DNA of 64,000 nt from an uncultured delta proteobacterium (GTDB lineage: Bacteria; Myxococcota_A; UBA9160; SZUA-336), in the NCBI GenBank assembly GCA_963704165.1, contig CAVPHD010000011.1, forward strand, positions 64,001 to 128,000, read 5' to 3'. Below are positions 36,360 through 46,750 of this stretch, one piece after another. The notes beneath the pieces are model-generated. The model was not told the origin of the DNA, did not search any database, and was given only the letters and a program-made list of their open reading frames with translations. Each line of letters begins with the position of its first letter. Positions within the stretch are counted from its first letter, which is position 1. The translations under genes were made by a program, and so were the position numbers.

Positions 36360-38405
36360 GTGAGGATGGAGACGCAGAGCGCGCTGATGGGAGCGGTGGC
36401 CGCGCTCGCGTTGCTCGTGCTCTTCCTCTCACTTCCGCGCTCGCCCGCCGCGCGTCGATTCGCCGCGCTGACGCTCGCCTACCTGGTCTGGTCCGCAGGC
36501 ACGGCCGCGAGCAACCTCGGAGTCGCTCACGGCTCGGTCCTCGCGGACCTCGGGCTCCTGGCGACGGCTCCGCTCGCGCTGTGGGTCGTCGCGACCCTCG
36601 GGGGACAGACCGCCCGGCTGGCGCGATTCGCACTTCCGCTCATCGCGGCGCCGCTCCTCCTCGCGGCGTCGATCGTGCTTTCGGGAACGCCTCCCGCCCT
36701 GCTCCAGGCGATCGCGAACGTCTTCGCCTTCACCGGCTGCGCAGCGGCCGCGGTGATGCTGGCGCGGTTCGTGCCCGGACCCGAGGATTCCGATTCCCCC
36801 GACGCGCGCCGCCTGCGCTACCTGGTCGTCGCCCACTCGATCGTCGTCGGGGGCGCGCTGCTCGACACCGCCATGTGGCCGCTCGGTCTGCCGCGCGTGG
36901 CCTCGCTCCTGACGCCCGTCCTCTATCTGTACGCGGGCTACCTGCATCTGTCGCAGGTCCGTGTCGCCGATCTCCGCCAGCTCGTCGGCAACACACTCGC
37001 GCTCGCCGCGATGGCCCTCGGCGTCGCCGTGTCCTTTGCGGCGATCCGCATCTGGGTCGGAGAGCGCGTCGACCTCTTCGTCTTCAACGCGTTCGTCGCC
37101 TCGTTCGCGCTGCTGCTCTTCTTCGTGCCCATGCGCGACCGGATCCAGAACGCGATCGAGCGGCACGTCGTCGCGGGCAAGGTCGCGCTCGAGAAGGACC
37201 TGCATCCGCTTCGCGAACGCCTGAAGCACATCCTCACGCTCGACGAGCTTCTCGTAGAGCTGCTCGCGGCGCTCGAGAAGACGGAGCTGCTGCGATCCTC
37301 CTCGATCTTCCTGCGCGACGACGCAACGCTCGGATTCCAGCTGGCCGGGAGCATCGGGCTTCCGACGCGGGCGCGGGTCAGCCTGCTCGCCGAGCCCAGC
37401 TGGGTGGTGGCGCTCGAGGAGGCCACGGTCCTCCGTCGCGACGAGGTCGAGCGATTCCGCGACGATCCGAAGAACGAAGTCGACCGACCTCGCCTCGACG
37501 CCCTCTGCCAGACGCTGCGCGAGCTCGACGCCGACCTCGTGCTGCCGCTGCGCGCGAAATCGCAGCTGGTCGGTTTCTGGACCCTCGCCGACGCCCGCTC
37601 GGAGGAGTCGTTCTCCACCGACGAATTGCGCCTGCTGCGCGCGGTCGCCGACCAGATCGCGACGTCGATCGAGAACTCGAAGACCTTCGAGCGCCTGCGC
37701 GCGAGAGACCGCTTCGTCACGCTCGGAGAGATGGCGGCGGGCCTCGCACACGAGATCCGCAATCCTCTCGCCGCGATCCGCGGCGCCGTCGCCGTGCTTC
37801 AACAGCCGAGCGACGTGAAGTCCGCAGAGCTCTGGACGGTCATCATCGAGGAGATCGCCCGCTTGAACCGCGTCGTCGAGTCCTTCCTCGACTACGCTCG
37901 CCCGGCCACACGACATGCGACGATCCGCGACGTCGGCGCGTTCGTGAAGAGCTGCGTCGACGCGGTGTCGCGCTCGAAGGGGCGCTCCGGCGTCGAGCTC
38001 TCGCTCGAAATCGAGCCGGGCCTACGGCCGCTTCACGCCGACGCCGATCAGCTCGAGCGGGTGGTGGTGAACGTGGTTCAGAACGCGTACGAGGCGCTCG
38101 AGGGTGACGGCCGGGTTCGCGTCGCGGTGCGCCGCGTCCAGGGCGTGGGGCCCTACGACACCTGGCTCGAGATCGCCGTCGAGGATGACGGCCCCGGGAT
38201 GAGCGAGACGACGCTCGAGCGCGCGTTCATCCCCTTCTACACCACGAAGAAGCAGGGCACCGGACTCGGGCTCGCGCTCTGTGAACGGTTGACGCGCGCG
38301 CAGGGCGGAACGATCGCTCTGCGCTCGAAGCCCGGTGAGGGAACGGGCGTGCTGATTCGCCTGCCCTACCCGGTCCCGCCCGAATCCGAGGGCAAGCTCG
38401 CATGA
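36360..38405 (+). CDS. Membrane sensor histidine kinase with GAF domain
   Basis: Many TM helices, GAF (LVLPL..FSTDELRLL), AGLAHEIRNPL, DDGPG, GTGLGL. Confidence 0.9.
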   Translation: MRMETQSALMGAVAALALLVLFLSLPRSPAARRFAALTLAYLVWSAGTAASNLGVAHGSVLADLGLLATAPLALWVVATLGGQTARLARFALPLIAAPLLLAASIVLSGTPPALLQAIANVFAFTGCAAAAVMLARFVPGPEDSDSPDARRLRYLVVAHSIVVGGALLDTAMWPLGLPRVASLLTPVLYLYAGYLHLSQVRVADLRQLVGNTLALAAMALGVAVSFAAIRIWVGERVDLFVFNAFVASFALLLFFVPMRDRIQNAIERHVVAGKVALEKDLHPLRERLKHILTLDELLVELLAALEKTELLRSSSIFLRDDATLGFQLAGSIGLPTRARVSLLAEPSWVVALEEATVLRRDEVERFRDDPKNEVDRPRLDALCQTLRELDADLVLPLRAKSQLVGFWTLADARSEESFSTDELRLLRAVADQIATSIENSKTFERLRARDRFVTLGEMAAGLAHEIRNPLAAIRGAVAVLQQPSDVKSAELWTVIIEEIARLNRVVESFLDYARPATRHATIRDVGAFVKSCVDAVSRSKGRSGVELSLEIEPGLRPLHADADQLERVVVNVVQNAYEALEGDGRVRVAVRRVQGVGPYDTWLEIAVEDDGPGMSETTLERAFIPFYTTKKQGTGLGLALCERLTRAQGGTIALRSKPGEGTGVLIRLPYPVPPESEGKLA

Positions 38406-39772
38406 AACCCACCCGAACGGTCTTGATCGTAGAGGACGAAGCGAACATGCGCCGCGTGCTCTCGGCGCTACTCGAACGCGATGGGTTCGGAACGCTCGAG
38501 GCCTCCGACGGCGACGCCGCTCTCGAACTCCTCGCACACGAGCCCGTCGACGCGGTCCTCACGGACCTGCGCATGCCCAAGATGAACGGGCTCGAGCTGC
38601 TCGAAGCCGTTCACCGCGCACATCCAGAGATCCCCGTCGTCATGCTCACGGCCCACGGCACGGTGGGCAGCGCCGTCGAGGCGTTGAAGCAGGGCGCGTT
38701 CGACTACCTGACCAAGCCCTTCGATCCCGACGAGATCCGGCAGGTGATGGAGAAGGCGGTCAGCACGCGTCGGCTCGCCGCGCGCGAGGTGCGGGTGGCG
38801 GGCGACGAGGATGCCGAACCGCTGCTCTGCGGTCCGAGCGACGCGCTGGCCGAAGTGAAGCACGTGATCGAGCGCGTCGCGCCGACGCCGGCGACGGTAC
38901 TGATCACGGGCGAGAGCGGAACGGGCAAGGAGATCGTCGCGCGCAGCCTGCACCGCGCGAGCACGCGCAAGAGCGAGCCGTTTCTGAAGATCAACTGCGC
39001 GGCAATTCCCGAGGGGCTGCTCGAGAGCGAGCTCTTCGGGTACGAACGCGGCGCGTTCACCGGCGCGGTCGGCCGCAAGCCGGGGCGTTTCGAACTCGCG
39101 GACGGCGGAACGCTTTTTCTCGACGAGATCGGCGAGATGCCGCTCTCTGCGCAGCCCAAGCTGCTGCGCGCGATTCAAGAGGGCCGGTTCTTCCGCGTCG
39201 GCGGCACCGAAACCGTCCAGGTCGACGTCCGACTCGTCGCCGCGACCAACCGTGACCTGCGCGAAGAGGTCCGCGCCGGTCGCTTCCGCGAGGATCTCTT
39301 CTATCGGCTCCACGTGGTACCGATCCATCTTCCGCCGCTGCGCGAGCGGCCCGAAGACATTCCGCCGCTCGCGCGGCTCTTTCTGGAGCGATTCGCGGCC
39401 AGGCTCCGTCGTCCGGTGACGAACATCGACCCGCTCGCGATGGATCTCCTGCTCGGCCACCCCTGGCCGGGGAACATCCGCGAGCTGGAGAACGCGATCG
39501 AGCGAGCCACGCTTCTCTGTGACGGGTCCACGCTGACCGCGCGCGACCTTCCGCCGGAGGTGCAGCCGCCGGTCCCGCGTCAGACCTCGAACAGCGAGCC
39601 GACGCCCCTGCGCGAGCGCATCCGCGCCGCGACTCAGCGCATCGAGCGCGACGCGATCCTCGAGGCCCTCCGCATGACCGAGGGCAACGTCACGCGCGCC
39701 GCGCGCAAGCTCGGCCTGTCGCGCCGCGGCCTCCAACTGAAGATGAAGGAACTCGAGATCGACCGGACCTGA
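38402..39772 (+). CDS. sigma54-dependent response regulator
   Basis: REC (LTDLRMP), [27 protein letters not shown]. Confidence 0.93.
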   Translation: MKPTRTVLIVEDEANMRRVLSALLERDGFGTLEASDGDAALELLAHEPVDAVLTDLRMPKMNGLELLEAVHRAHPEIPVVMLTAHGTVGSAVEALKQGAFDYLTKPFDPDEIRQVMEKAVSTRRLAAREVRVAGDEDAEPLLCGPSDALAEVKHVIERVAPTPATVLITGESGTGKEIVARSLHRASTRKSEPFLKINCAAIPEGLLESELFGYERGAFTGAVGRKPGRFELADGGTLFLDEIGEMPLSAQPKLLRAIQEGRFFRVGGTETVQVDVRLVAATNRDLREEVRAGRFREDLFYRLHVVPIHLPPLRERPEDIPPLARLFLERFAARLRRPVTNIDPLAMDLLLGHPWPGNIRELENAIERATLLCDGSTLTARDLPPEVQPPVPRQTSNSEPTPLRERIRAATQRIERDAILEALRMTEGNVTRAARKLGLSRRGLQLKMKELEIDRT

Positions 39773-39786
39773 GGACGGAGGCGCCC

Positions 39787-40284
39787 TCAGCCCTTCGGCC
39801 CGAGCTTCTCCTTGAGCTTCTTCGCAACCGAGGCGGGCACGAACTCGGAGACGTCGGCACCGAAGCGGACCAGCTCGCGCATGCGCGAGGCGCTGACGTA
39901 GAACCAGCGCTCGCTGGTCATCAAGAAGACGGTCTCGAGCTCGGGAAACATGTGGTGGTTCATCAGGGCCATCTCGAACTCGTATTCGAAGTCGGCGAGC
40001 GCGCGCAGCCCGCGCAAGACGATGTTCGCGCCGATTCCGCGAAGGTAGTCGACGAGCAACCCCGAGATCACGTCCACGCGCACGTTCGGAAGCATGTCCA
40101 CCGCCTCGCGGACGAGGGCCAGGCGTTCGTCCAGGGTCAGGGTTCCTCCGCTCTTGTCCACGTTCACGGCCACCGCGACGACGACCTCGTCGAACAAGCG
40201 CGATGCACGGACGATCAGGTCGAGGTGCCCGTTCGTGATCGGGTCGAAGCTCGCCGGGTACACCGCAATGCGTCTGTCGGTCAT
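39787..40284 (-). CDS. coaD: Pantetheine-phosphate adenylyltransferase
   Basis: YPASFDPITNGHLD, RGLRALADFEYE. Confidence 0.96.
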   Translation of the reverse strand: MTDRRIAVYPASFDPITNGHLDLIVRASRLFDEVVVAVAVNVDKSGGTLTLDERLALVREAVDMLPNVRVDVISGLLVDYLRGIGANIVLRGLRALADFEYEFEMALMNHHMFPELETVFLMTSERWFYVSASRMRELVRFGADVSEFVPASVAKKLKEKLGPKG

Positions 40285-40865
40285 GCCAATGCCTCACTCT
40301 CGGCGGCCGGATCGGCCGCGGATTGCCACCAGTCGAACGCCGTCTCGCCGTAGCGTTTCGATTCGCAAAGAAGCAGACCCGCAGGACCCGGCCCCGACTC
40401 GACCCGCGTCGAACGCTCGATGACGACGACGGCTTCCGGGCGAAGGACACTCGCGAACGCCTCGTCCCGGATCAGCTGCTCCCGTCCGTCCCCATCCCAG
40501 GGAGGATCCGCGAGCACGAGATCGAACGTACCGAGCTTCGCGGCCAAGGCGCGAAGCCCCCGCGACAGATCCGCTTCGACGACGCGCGTACACTCCTGCA
40601 GGCCGAGCTCCTCGAGATTGCGACGCAGCACGCGAAGCGCGCCCCTCGCGCGCTCCACGAAGACGGCTTCGCTCGCGCCGCGAGAGAGCGCCTCGATCCC
40701 GAGCGCACCCGTGCCCGCGTACAGGTCCAGCACGCGCGCACCCGCGATTCTCGGTCCGATCCAATCGAAGAGCCCCGCACGCGCGCGATCCGAAGTCGGT
40801 CGCGTCTCGCGGCCCGGGACCGTGTGAAGGCGCCGGCTCCGCAGCTCTCCGGCAACGACGCGCAT
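40281..40865 (-). CDS. rsmD: 16S rRNA m2G966 methyltransferase
   Basis: RPTSDRAR, LDLYAGTGALGIEALSRGA, ADPPW. Confidence 0.94.
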   Translation of the reverse strand: MRVVAGELRSRRLHTVPGRETRPTSDRARAGLFDWIGPRIAGARVLDLYAGTGALGIEALSRGASEAVFVERARGALRVLRRNLEELGLQECTRVVEADLSRGLRALAAKLGTFDLVLADPPWDGDGREQLIRDEAFASVLRPEAVVVIERSTRVESGPGPAGLLLCESKRYGETAFDWWQSAADPAAESEALA

Positions 40866-41105
40866 CTACACTCGCCCCCGTACCGACTCGATCGGCCCGG
40901 ACCGTACCAGCCCACGAACAGGCCGGCAAGCGAGGCGCAACCGTCTTGAACCGTCGCGAAGCTTCGCTAGGATGCCCCGCGCGTGATGACATGACATGGT
41001 GTCACGAGTGTTCCCCGTGCCAACGACCGAGTCGGACCCGACCTCGAGAACGAAACACGGACCCGCGGAAATCACTCGAGTGAAGCGATTTGAAAGGAGC
41101 CTTCC

Positions 41106-41387
41106 ATGGCAGGACGAACGGCGAGAAAGAGTTCGAAGACCCAGAGCGCCGGGGTCCCGAAAGCGGTACTCGAGAAGCAGAAGCGCCTGATTCCGATGCG
41201 CCTTGCTCAGGTTCGCGGCGATCGCTCGCAGCGCTCGTTCGCGCGCGAGCTCGGCGTGTTCCAACAGAACGTGAACCGCTACGAGAGCGGCACGACCCCG
41301 CACGCCGATTTCCTGATCACGCTGGCGGTTCGCGAGGGGATCTCGCTGGACTGGCTGCTGCTGGGGAAGGGCCGACCGAAGAGCTGA
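41106..41387 (+). CDS. XRE-family HTH transcriptional regulator
   Basis: SQRSFARELGVFQQNVNRYESG..P...ISLDWLLLG; AAGGAG SD. Confidence 0.88.
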   Translation: MAGRTARKSSKTQSAGVPKAVLEKQKRLIPMRLAQVRGDRSQRSFARELGVFQQNVNRYESGTTPHADFLITLAVREGISLDWLLLGKGRPKS

Positions 41388-41604
41388 CCGGCGCGCTCCG
41401 CCCTCGCGGAGCACCCGGCCACCCCTTCCATGCCACGGTTGGGAAGTCCGCTTCCACACCGTCGTGGGCGTTCTGCGCGCTCGTGCGCACGCAGTCTGCT
41501 CGCATAGCGCCTCGGAATCCCTCGCGTCGCCGAGAACGAGCGTCCGCGCGGCATGGAATTTGTACTACCTCCGCTCGCGAGCCCGACTCGCTTGGAGGAA
41601 GTGC

Positions 41605-41937
41605 ATGAGCGTGTTCCTGGGGATGCTGGCCGTCCTCCTGAATCTCGCCGACAACGCGACGACCTTTCTGTGTCTTCGCGCGCCCGTGCCCGGATTCGAG
41701 GTGACCGAGGCGAATCCCGCCGCGGCCTGGCTCTTCTCCGCCATCGGACTCGAAAAAGGTCTTCTGCTCGAGACGGTGATCACGACCCTCGCGATCGCGT
41801 TCCTGGTCGCGACCGACCGCATCCCGCGCCGGGTCAAGCTCGCGCTGCTCGTCGTGCTCACGCTGCTGCCGGGCTGGGCGGCACTCAACAATCTCGAGGT
41901 GATCCACGCCACCAACATCCCGATCTCATGGAGTTGA
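41605..41937 (+). CDS. Small membrane protein (DUF5658-like)
   Basis: LNLADNATT..EANP motif, three hydrophobic helices, GGAGG SD. Confidence 0.7.
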   Translation: MSVFLGMLAVLLNLADNATTFLCLRAPVPGFEVTEANPAAAWLFSAIGLEKGLLLETVITTLAIAFLVATDRIPRRVKLALLVVLTLLPGWAALNNLEVIHATNIPISWS

Positions 41938-41941
41938 CGCG

Positions 41942-42534
41942 ATGAATCGACTCAGAGCCCTGGTGATCGCATTCGGACTCGCCGGCGGGCTCTCGTGCGC
42001 GATGCGCGCACCGATCCCGCACGAACTCGAGCTCCCGCCCGTCGCCAGCGTCGTCCCCGCGCTCGATGATGCTGCGGACGAGATCGAGGCGCTGCTTGCG
42101 CGCCATCTCACGGGGCTCGCACCCTTCGAAGTCCGCCGCGCGGCCGAGGCGCTGATTCGCGAAGCGAACCGGAACGGTGTCGAGCCGGCGATGGTCCTCG
42201 CCGTGATCCACACCGAGAGCGGCTACAACAATTTCGCGCGTTCGTCGGTCGGAGCGCTCGGACTCATGCAGATCATGCCGGCGACCGGAGAGATGCTCGC
42301 GCGCGAGGCCGGCATCCGCTGGACGGGACCCGACCTGCTCTTCGAGCCGGAAGTGAACCTGCGCCTCGGCACGCGCTACCTCGCGCTCCTGCGCAGCCGC
42401 GCTACGGCGACTGGACGCGTGCGCTCGCCGCCTACAACTGGGGGCCGGGCGAGATCGATCGGCGGATCTCCGTCGGTGAGAACCTGCCCGACAAGTACAC
42501 GAACCGCGTCTACGCACGGCTCGCCCGGCACTAG
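41942..42534 (+). CDS. Lytic transglycosylase (SLT domain), frameshifted near 42400
   Basis: AVIHTESGY, SSVGALGLMQIMP, NLRLGTRYL; ALAAYNWGP is in another frame. Confidence 0.88.
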
Positions 42535-42542
42535 ACGACGCC

Positions 42543-44000
42543 TCAGCCGCCGTCGCGGACCTCGTCGCTCGACGGCTGCGCCGCACCGAGACTCGCGACG
42601 AAGGCGTCGATCGCGGCGTCGACGTCGAGCGAGCTTCCGCGCGCGCCGTTGACGAGCAGCGCGAAGACGAGCGGTTGCCCCTCCGAGTTCCGGACCACAC
42701 CGGCGAGCGACGCGACGCGCTGCAGATGTCCCGTCTTCGCGCGCACCGGGACATCGAGATCGCGCATGCGCGTCTCGAGCGTACCGTCGCGGCCCGCGAG
42801 CGGCAGCGCGGCGAGGAACTCGGGGCCGTACGCGAAGCTCCGCGCGCTCGCGCGGATCAGCGTCGCGAGGGTGGCGGGCGAGACGCGATTGCGCGCCGAG
42901 AGCCCCGACCCGTCCGCGATCACGTTCCCCGCCGAGGAAGCGCCGACGCGGGCGAGGTGCTCGCCGAGCGCACGCACGCCCTTCTCCCAGTTCCCGGGCG
43001 CGCCATAGACGATCTGCGCCGAGCGCCTTGGTGAGCTGCTCCGCGATGAAGTTGTTGCTGTACTTCGAGAGCAGCCGGACCTGCAGCCCGACCGGCTCGC
43101 CCGCGAACCGGAACAGCTCGTGCGCATCGGCCGGGAGCGGCTCGATCCGCACGCGTTTCCCGACGCTGACGCCCTGGGCCTCGAGCTGCGCGCGAAGGAG
43201 CGCCGCGGCGTAGCGTTCCGGGAGCGCGACGGCGCGCCAGAAGGTCGCCGACTCGCGACCCGCCGAGACCGAGCCGGTCACGCGCACGCTCTCACCCGTG
43301 CCGTCCGGAAGCACGTCGACGTCGAGCGAGAGCTTCCCGCCCCCGCGCAACGTCGGCGCCTCCGCGAGCGTGCGGAAGTACGGGAGCGCGGGCGCGAGTC
43401 GCACTTGCGCGGGCTCGCCCACGCGCGCGCCCGGCACCACGTCGATGCGGAAGCTCGAGTAGTTCGCGCTCCACGCGCTCGTCGGTGCGTAGTAGGCGCG
43501 CGACGAGACCGGCTGCCAGTCCGGGTGGAAATACGGCCCTTCGAAGTAGCGCGTTGTCGATCGCGATCCCGCCGCGGATCTCTCGGATTCCGCGGAGCCG
43601 CACCTCCTCGGCGAGCTTCCACAGCGACTCGGACACCAGGCTCGGATCGCCCCGTCCCACGATCCAGAGCGGGCCCTCGATCGATGCCATCGACGATCTC
43701 CCCCTCCATCAGAACCGGCGTCTCGAAGCGGTGCGACGGTCCCCAGTGCGAAAGCGCGGCCGCCGCGATCAAGAGCTTCTGATTCGAGGCCGGCACGAGC
43801 GCCTCGTCGGGCGCGTGCGCGAGCAGGCGCCGCCCCGTCTCGAGATCCTCGACGACCACGCCGACGCGCGCGCCGCGCAGAGCGCTCGAGCGCAGCAGGC
43901 GCTCGAGCGCGGAGTCGAGTCCTGAGTCGCCCGCGCCCGCCGTCCCGCTGAGCACGAGCGCGAGCGCGAGCAGTCCGAGTGCGCGCACCGGGGCCATCAC
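42543..44000 (-). CDS. dacB: D-Ala-D-Ala carboxypeptidase/endopeptidase PBP4, multiply frameshifted
   Basis: PASNQK (SxxK), GRGDPSL, YSNNF (SxN), DGSGLS, AKTG, across frames. Confidence 0.88.
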
Positions 44001-44083
44001 GGTGCGCGAGCCTAGGGCACCCGCACACGTCTTGCCCGCTCGCGCGGCGCCCTCCATCCTGCAGCCTCGAATCGGGGGGAGTG

Positions 44084-45050
44084 ATGGAGCGGGCACGCGC
44101 GTGGCTCGAGCAGCAGCACGGCAGCGCTCTGCGCGAGCTGATTCCGTTGCCGGGCGGCGCGGGTGCACGGCGGTATTGGCGCGCGCGTTTCGCCGACTCG
44201 GAGACCGCGGTGCTGATGCACGCGGTGCCGGAAGACCCGGCCATCCTTCCCCCCGCGTTGCGCGCGCAGGGCGAGACGATCCCGTTCGTCGACGTGAGCG
44301 GCATTTCTCGCGCGGCATCGCCTGCCGGTGCCGCGCATCCACGCGGTCGAGGAGCGCGATCGCTGGGTCCTGCTCGAGGATCTCGGTGACGTCCACCTGC
44401 TCGACCTGCCCGCCCCCGATCGCAGCGCGCGCTTGCGCGAGGCGATCGACCTGCTCGCGCGCGTGCACGCGATCCCGCGCGAGGATGCCCTGCCGTTCCG
44501 GCGCGAGTTCGACGAGGCGTGGGTGCGCTTCGAGCTGCGCACCTTCGCCGAGCATGGCGTCGATGCGCGCTGGCACGCGGATCTCGCCCCCGAGCTCGAT
44601 CGGCTCTCGCGCGCGATCGCGGCGCTGCCGCGCGTTCTCTGCCTGCGCGATTTCCAGAGCCAGAACCTGATGATCGACCGCGCGGGCCGGCTGCGCCTGC
44701 TCGACTACCAGGACGCGCTGCTCGCACCGGCCGAGCTCGACCTGGCGGCGCTGCTCTTCGACTCCTATCTCGAGCTCGCCGATGCCGAGCGCGCCGAACT
44801 CCTCGCGCGCTACTGGAGCGCGCGCGCGAAGGCTCCCGACGCGACCGCGTTCGCCCTGCTCACCGTACAGCGGAAGTGCAAGGACTACGGGCGGTTCCGA
44901 TTCATGACTCAGGTAAAACGCGATGCGCGGTACACGCCGTTCATCGCGCGCGCGCGCGCGGCGGTGCTCGTATCCCTTCCGCAGCTGCCGGCGCCGCAGC
45001 GCCGCCTGGCCGCGATCCTCGAGGACGCGCTCGCGTGTGCCCCGGCGTGA
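44084..45050 (+). CDS. amgK: Aminoglycoside phosphotransferase-family kinase, AmgK-like, frameshifted near 44300-44320
   Basis: GGAGARRYWR, LLEDLGD, RDFQSQNLM, LDYQDA; adjacent to a murU-like gene. Confidence 0.78.
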
Positions 45051-46012
45051 AGGCGATGATCCTCGCCGCCGGACTCGGCACGCGAATGGCGCCGCTCGCG
45101 CGATCGCTCGCGAAGCCGGCGCTGCCGGTGCTCGACGTGCCGGTGATCCTGCGCCTGGTCCGCACGCTCGCGGCGCAGGGGATCTCTTCGGTCGTGGTCA
45201 ACACCCACGCGCACGCCGAGAGCCTGCGCGAATCGCTCGCGGGCAGTCCCGTTCCGGTGGAGTGGATCGAAGAGCCGGAGCTCCGGGGCAGCGGCGGCGG
45301 CGTGCGCGGCGCGCGCGGCGCGCTCGACGGACCCGAGCCGTTCCTGGTCCTGAACGGCGACATGTGGCTCGATCTCGACGTCGGCGCGCTCCTGCACCGG
45401 CACCGGGCGCGCCACGCTCTCGTGACGCTGGCGCTGCGAGACGACCCTCGCAAGAGTGAGTTCGGCTCGATCGGGTACGATTCCGACGGCGATGTGCGGC
45501 GCATCACGGAGCGAATCGACCTCGGAGGCGAGAAGGGGTCCGGTCTGTTCATCGGAGTGCAGGTCATGGAGCCGGCGATCCTCGCGCAGATGCCGCCGAG
45601 CGAGCGCTTCGAGATCGTCCCCGAGGTGTGGGTGCCCGCCCTGCGCGCCGGGCGTCGAATTGCGAGCTGGCTACAGCCAGAAGGCGCGCGCTGGTCGCCG
45701 GTCGGCTCGCCGCGCGAGCTGCTCGACGCGAACCTCGAGGCGGCCGAGACCACGTCGGCTCCGGACCGCGCGCGGATCTCACCGCGCAGCGGCGTCGAAG
45801 CAACCGTCGTCGCCCCGGCGTGGATCGGCGAAGGCGTCGAGGTCGCGGCGGGAGCGCGCATCGGGCCGCGCGCCGTGGTGAGCCGCTTCGCGCGGATCGG
45901 CGCAGGCGCGACGATCGAGGACTCGCTCGTTCTGCCGGGCGCGCGCGTCGCGGCGGGAGCGCGGCTCGTCCGCGCGGTCGCGTACGGCGACGAGGTCTGG
46001 CGCGATGAGTGA
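45047..46012 (+). CDS. murU: NDP-sugar synthase / MurNAc-1-P uridylyltransferase-like, with C-terminal hexapeptide repeats
   Basis: KAMILAAGLGTRM..KPALPV, VVVNTH, VLNGD. Confidence 0.72.
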   Translation: MKAMILAAGLGTRMAPLARSLAKPALPVLDVPVILRLVRTLAAQGISSVVVNTHAHAESLRESLAGSPVPVEWIEEPELRGSGGGVRGARGALDGPEPFLVLNGDMWLDLDVGALLHRHRARHALVTLALRDDPRKSEFGSIGYDSDGDVRRITERIDLGGEKGSGLFIGVQVMEPAILAQMPPSERFEIVPEVWVPALRAGRRIASWLQPEGARWSPVGSPRELLDANLEAAETTSAPDRARISPRSGVEATVVAPAWIGEGVEVAAGARIGPRAVVSRFARIGAGATIEDSLVLPGARVAAGARLVRAVAYGDEVWRDE

Positions 46013-46740
46013 GATCCTCTTCGTCGGGACCGGCGATGCCTTCAACAGCGGCGGCCGACGCAACAGCGCGATCCTCGTGCGCGACGAGGGACGCTCGATC
46101 CTGCTCGACTGCGGACCGACGACGCTCGGCGGCCTGAAGGACCTCGCGGTCGATCCACTCGAGATCGACGCGGTCGTTCTCAGCCACTTCCACGGCGATC
46201 ACATCGCGGGCGTCCCCTTCCTGCTTGCTCGACTACCTGTACCAGCACCCCCGCGAGAAGCCGTTCGAGATCCTCGGCCCTCCGGGCGTCGCAGACTCGA
46301 TGGCCGCGCTGACGCGCGCCTACGGCTATCACCTCGAGCAGGAGCAGCGCTATGCGCTGCGCTTCGCCGAGTTCGAAATCGGCAAGCCCTCCGAGGTCGC
46401 CGGATTTCGCGTGACCCCGATGCCCGCCGTGCACCAGGAGCACACCTGCCCCCACATGGTGCGCGTCGATGATTCACGGCGCTCGCTCGTATTCTCGGGC
46501 GACACCGGCTGGCACGACGAGCTTCCGCGAAAGGTCGGTGACGTCGATCTGTTCATCTCGGAGTGCGTGTTCTTCGATCACGAGTTCCCGTTCCACCTGT
46601 CGCATCGCCGGCTCGACCGCGAGCGCGCGCACTTCGAGTGTGGAGCGATCCGGCTCACGCACCTCGGCCAGCAGGTGCTCGACAACGAATCGCTCGTGCG
46701 ATTCGACACCGCCTACGACGGGCTGCGCGTCCTGCTCTAG
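46005..46740 (+). CDS. MBL-fold metallohydrolase (RNase Z-like), frameshifted near 46228
   Basis: GTGDAF, LLDCG, SHFHGDHIAG, FSGDTG, LTHLG. Confidence 0.85.
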
Positions 46741-46750
46741 CGCGATCGCC

